From: Octopus bimaculoides
Lineage: Eukaryota
DNA: 64,000 nucleotides
Direction: 5' to 3'
Assembly: GCF_001194135.2 (NCBI RefSeq)
Contig: NC_068981.1
Location: 98,512,058-98,576,057, forward strand
In this document: positions 61,844 to 64,000 of the stretch, one piece after another
Layout: each line of letters starts with the position of its first letter
How positions within the stretch are numbered: the first letter of the stretch is position 1
Made by a program: the position numbers and the translations under genes
The notes under the pieces: model-generated
The model's input: the letters and a program-made list of their open reading frames with translations, nothing else
Told to the model about the DNA's origin: nothing
The model's database searches: none

Positions 61844-62251
61844 AGCATGGCTGTGTGATAAGAAGCTTGCTTCCTAATCACATGGCTCCAGGTTCAGTCC
61901 TACAGCATGGCACCTTGGACAAGTGTCTTCTACTATAGCCTTGGGCCGACCAAAGCCCTGTGAGTGGATTTGGTAGGTAGAACCTCAAAGAACTGAAAGA
62001 TGCCTGTTATATGTGTGTGTGTGTGTGTGTGTCTTTGTGTCTGTGTTTGCTCCTCTGCCATCGCTTGACAACCAATGTTGGTGTGTTTATGTTTCCATAA
62101 CTTAGTGGTTCAGCAAAAGGAACCAATAGAACAATTACTAGGCTTACAAAGAATAAGTCTTGGGGTTGATTTCTTTGACTAAAAACCCTTTAAGGTAGTG
62201 CTCCAGCATGGCTGCAGTCAAATGACTGAAACAAGTAAAAGAATAAAAGAA
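61844..62251 (+). mobile_element. SINE family B
   Basis: Full length with TAAAAGAA tail. Confidence 0.85.
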
Positions 62252-62639
62252 TATAGCCCCGAACCAACCAAAGCCTTGTGAATGGATTTGATAGACAGAA
62301 ACTGAAAGAAGCCATGCTGCATACACCTACAAATGCACACATATATAGTTGTATATGTGTGTGAGTGTGTACATGGCAGGGTGACTGTACATCTATGTGT
62401 GCATGTGAGATAATGTCTCCTTGTCTTGATATTACATGATAGCTGTAAATGAGCATAGACTGTGGCCTTCATTTCCATGTTTTTTTATAAAAAACATTTA
62501 TGGTATGGTCATGGAAAAATATTACTTTACATGTCAAAAAGAGAAGATTAATAATGAGAAGGGCATCTGCCTCAATGAATCCCATCTGATCCATGCAAGC
62601 ATGGAGGAGGAGGAGGAGGAGGAGGATGAAGAAGATATT

Positions 62640-62955
62640 ATTATTCCATCGACTTATCCATTCCTCCAAAATTTCAGGCCTTGTGCTTATAGTAGAAAGG
62701 AGGAGGAGGAGCAGGATCGCCGCCACCGTTGCAACAAGCTGGCAGAATCATTAGCACACCAGGCAAAATGCTTTGCGTCATTTCACTCCTTTTTACATTT
62801 TGAGTTCAAATTCTGCTGAGGCCGACTTTGCCTTTCATCATTTCAGGGTCATTGAAATAAATACCAGTGAAACACTGAGGGTCGATGTAATCAACTCGTC
62901 CCCTCCCGCCAAATTGCTGCACTTGTGACAAAATTTGAAACCATTATTATTATTT
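62640..62955 (+). mobile_element. Two tandem SINE-A-type copies
   Basis: Family motifs and (ATT)n tail. Confidence 0.65.
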
Positions 62956-63761
62956 CCAAGTTTTTCTTCCCCAACAGCAATGCACTATCATGATTTTCTA
63001 AAGCTGTTTTCCCATTCTAGCATCAGCTGGATAGATTTGAAGTACAGCATATTGCAATTTGCTTCAATCCAGTGTTATTTCTTCTGTAAGGCAAGAAGCA
63101 ACCTGACTTAGATGCCTCTTCTTTTGCTATGAGAACTGATCAATATCAGCAGCCAGCATTTTGTCTTCCATCAACACCACACATAACTGTCTTATTTCAA
63201 CTTTCCCATGGCAGTATAGCATGATGGCTTTCATAAGTTTCACCGCATGCACATTGCTGGGGTAAATAATTTTAGAATTTGATGATCTTCCAGTCACTAA
63301 CCACTTAATTAACAGATGTGCAGGAAGTGGAAAAATATATGTGTGTGTGTGTGTGTGTGTGTGCGTGCGCAGGTAAGTCAATCATCAAATCTCACAATGT
63401 CGCTATGTATATGCAAACAGGGTTCATTAGCTGCAGTGGGGACACATGCACAATCATTCAACCTGCTAAAAACAGCAGCCAAATTTGCCCCAAATCCCAC
63501 CTTGCCGTCTTAAATATAAAACACTACATTGAACAATGTAGTTCATGACTCACAAAGGGACAGGATGATTATACCTGGAATCTTTGCTTAATCAGAGCTG
63601 AGTAAAACCTAAATAACAACAACAAACACAACTCATAAGTACAAGGTGTGGCCATGTGGTAAGAAGCTTGCTTCCCAATCACATGGTTCCAGGTTTAGTC
63701 CACTGCGTGGAACCTTGGGCAAGTGTCTTCTACTATATCTTCAGGCTGACCAAAGCCCTAT

Positions 63762-64000
63762 GAATCATCATCATCATCATCATCATCATCGTTTAACGTC
63801 CGCTTTCCATGCTAGCATGGGTTGGACGATTTGACTGAGGACTGGTGAAACCGGATGGCAACAGCAGGCTCCAGTCTAATTTGGTAGAGTTTCTACAGCT
63901 GGATGCCCTTCCTAACGCCAACCACTCAGAGAGTGTAGTGGGTGCTTTTACGTGTCACCCGCACGAAAACGGCCACGCTCGAACTGGTGTCTTTTATGTA
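63762..64000 (-). mobile_element. Young RTE LINE 3' end inserted in a SINE head; runs off the window
   Basis: (CAT)n tail; nearly identical to the reverse complement of ~33020-33245. Confidence 0.85.

Noticed and set aside
62436-62819. ORF with a poly-Glu tract
   Set aside because: Built from a (GAG)n microsatellite and SINE/LINE fragments.
62940-63381. Minus ORF 63127-63381 as a further RAD50 exon
   Set aside because: No similarity to the expected upstream coiled-coil segment, and no convincing splice pair.

Overview
This is AT-rich, gap-rich, repeat-dense animal genomic DNA. The SINE and microsatellite content looks like an octopus (coleoid cephalopod) draft assembly, which is an inference. 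Two spliced protein-coding genes lie head-to-tail on the minus strand, and the ORF track shows only fragments of them. (1) The last eight coding exons of RAD50 (61675->45017) include the ABC signature CSAGQK, Walker B/D-loop [10 protein letters not shown]-loop ITHDE, the stop codon and AATAAA. (2) Four coding exons of SPRING1/C12orf49 (39759->10155) span a ~24 kb first intron; its terminal exon is not visible. All exons have GT-AG boundaries with matching phases. The rest is tRNA-derived SINEs (at least 3 families), RTE, Tx1/L1 and Penelope retroelement fragments, Tigger, mariner, maT, hAT and piggyBac-like DNA elements, two Helitrons and microsatellites. I found no unambiguous new gene system. 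The best leads are RNA-level hypotheses: a duplicated decoy splice acceptor and an overlapping uORF in SPRING1, a RAD50 His codon that A-to-I editing would restore to the conserved Arg, inverted SINE pairs bracketing in-frame RAD50 exon blocks, and a palindromic minisatellite.
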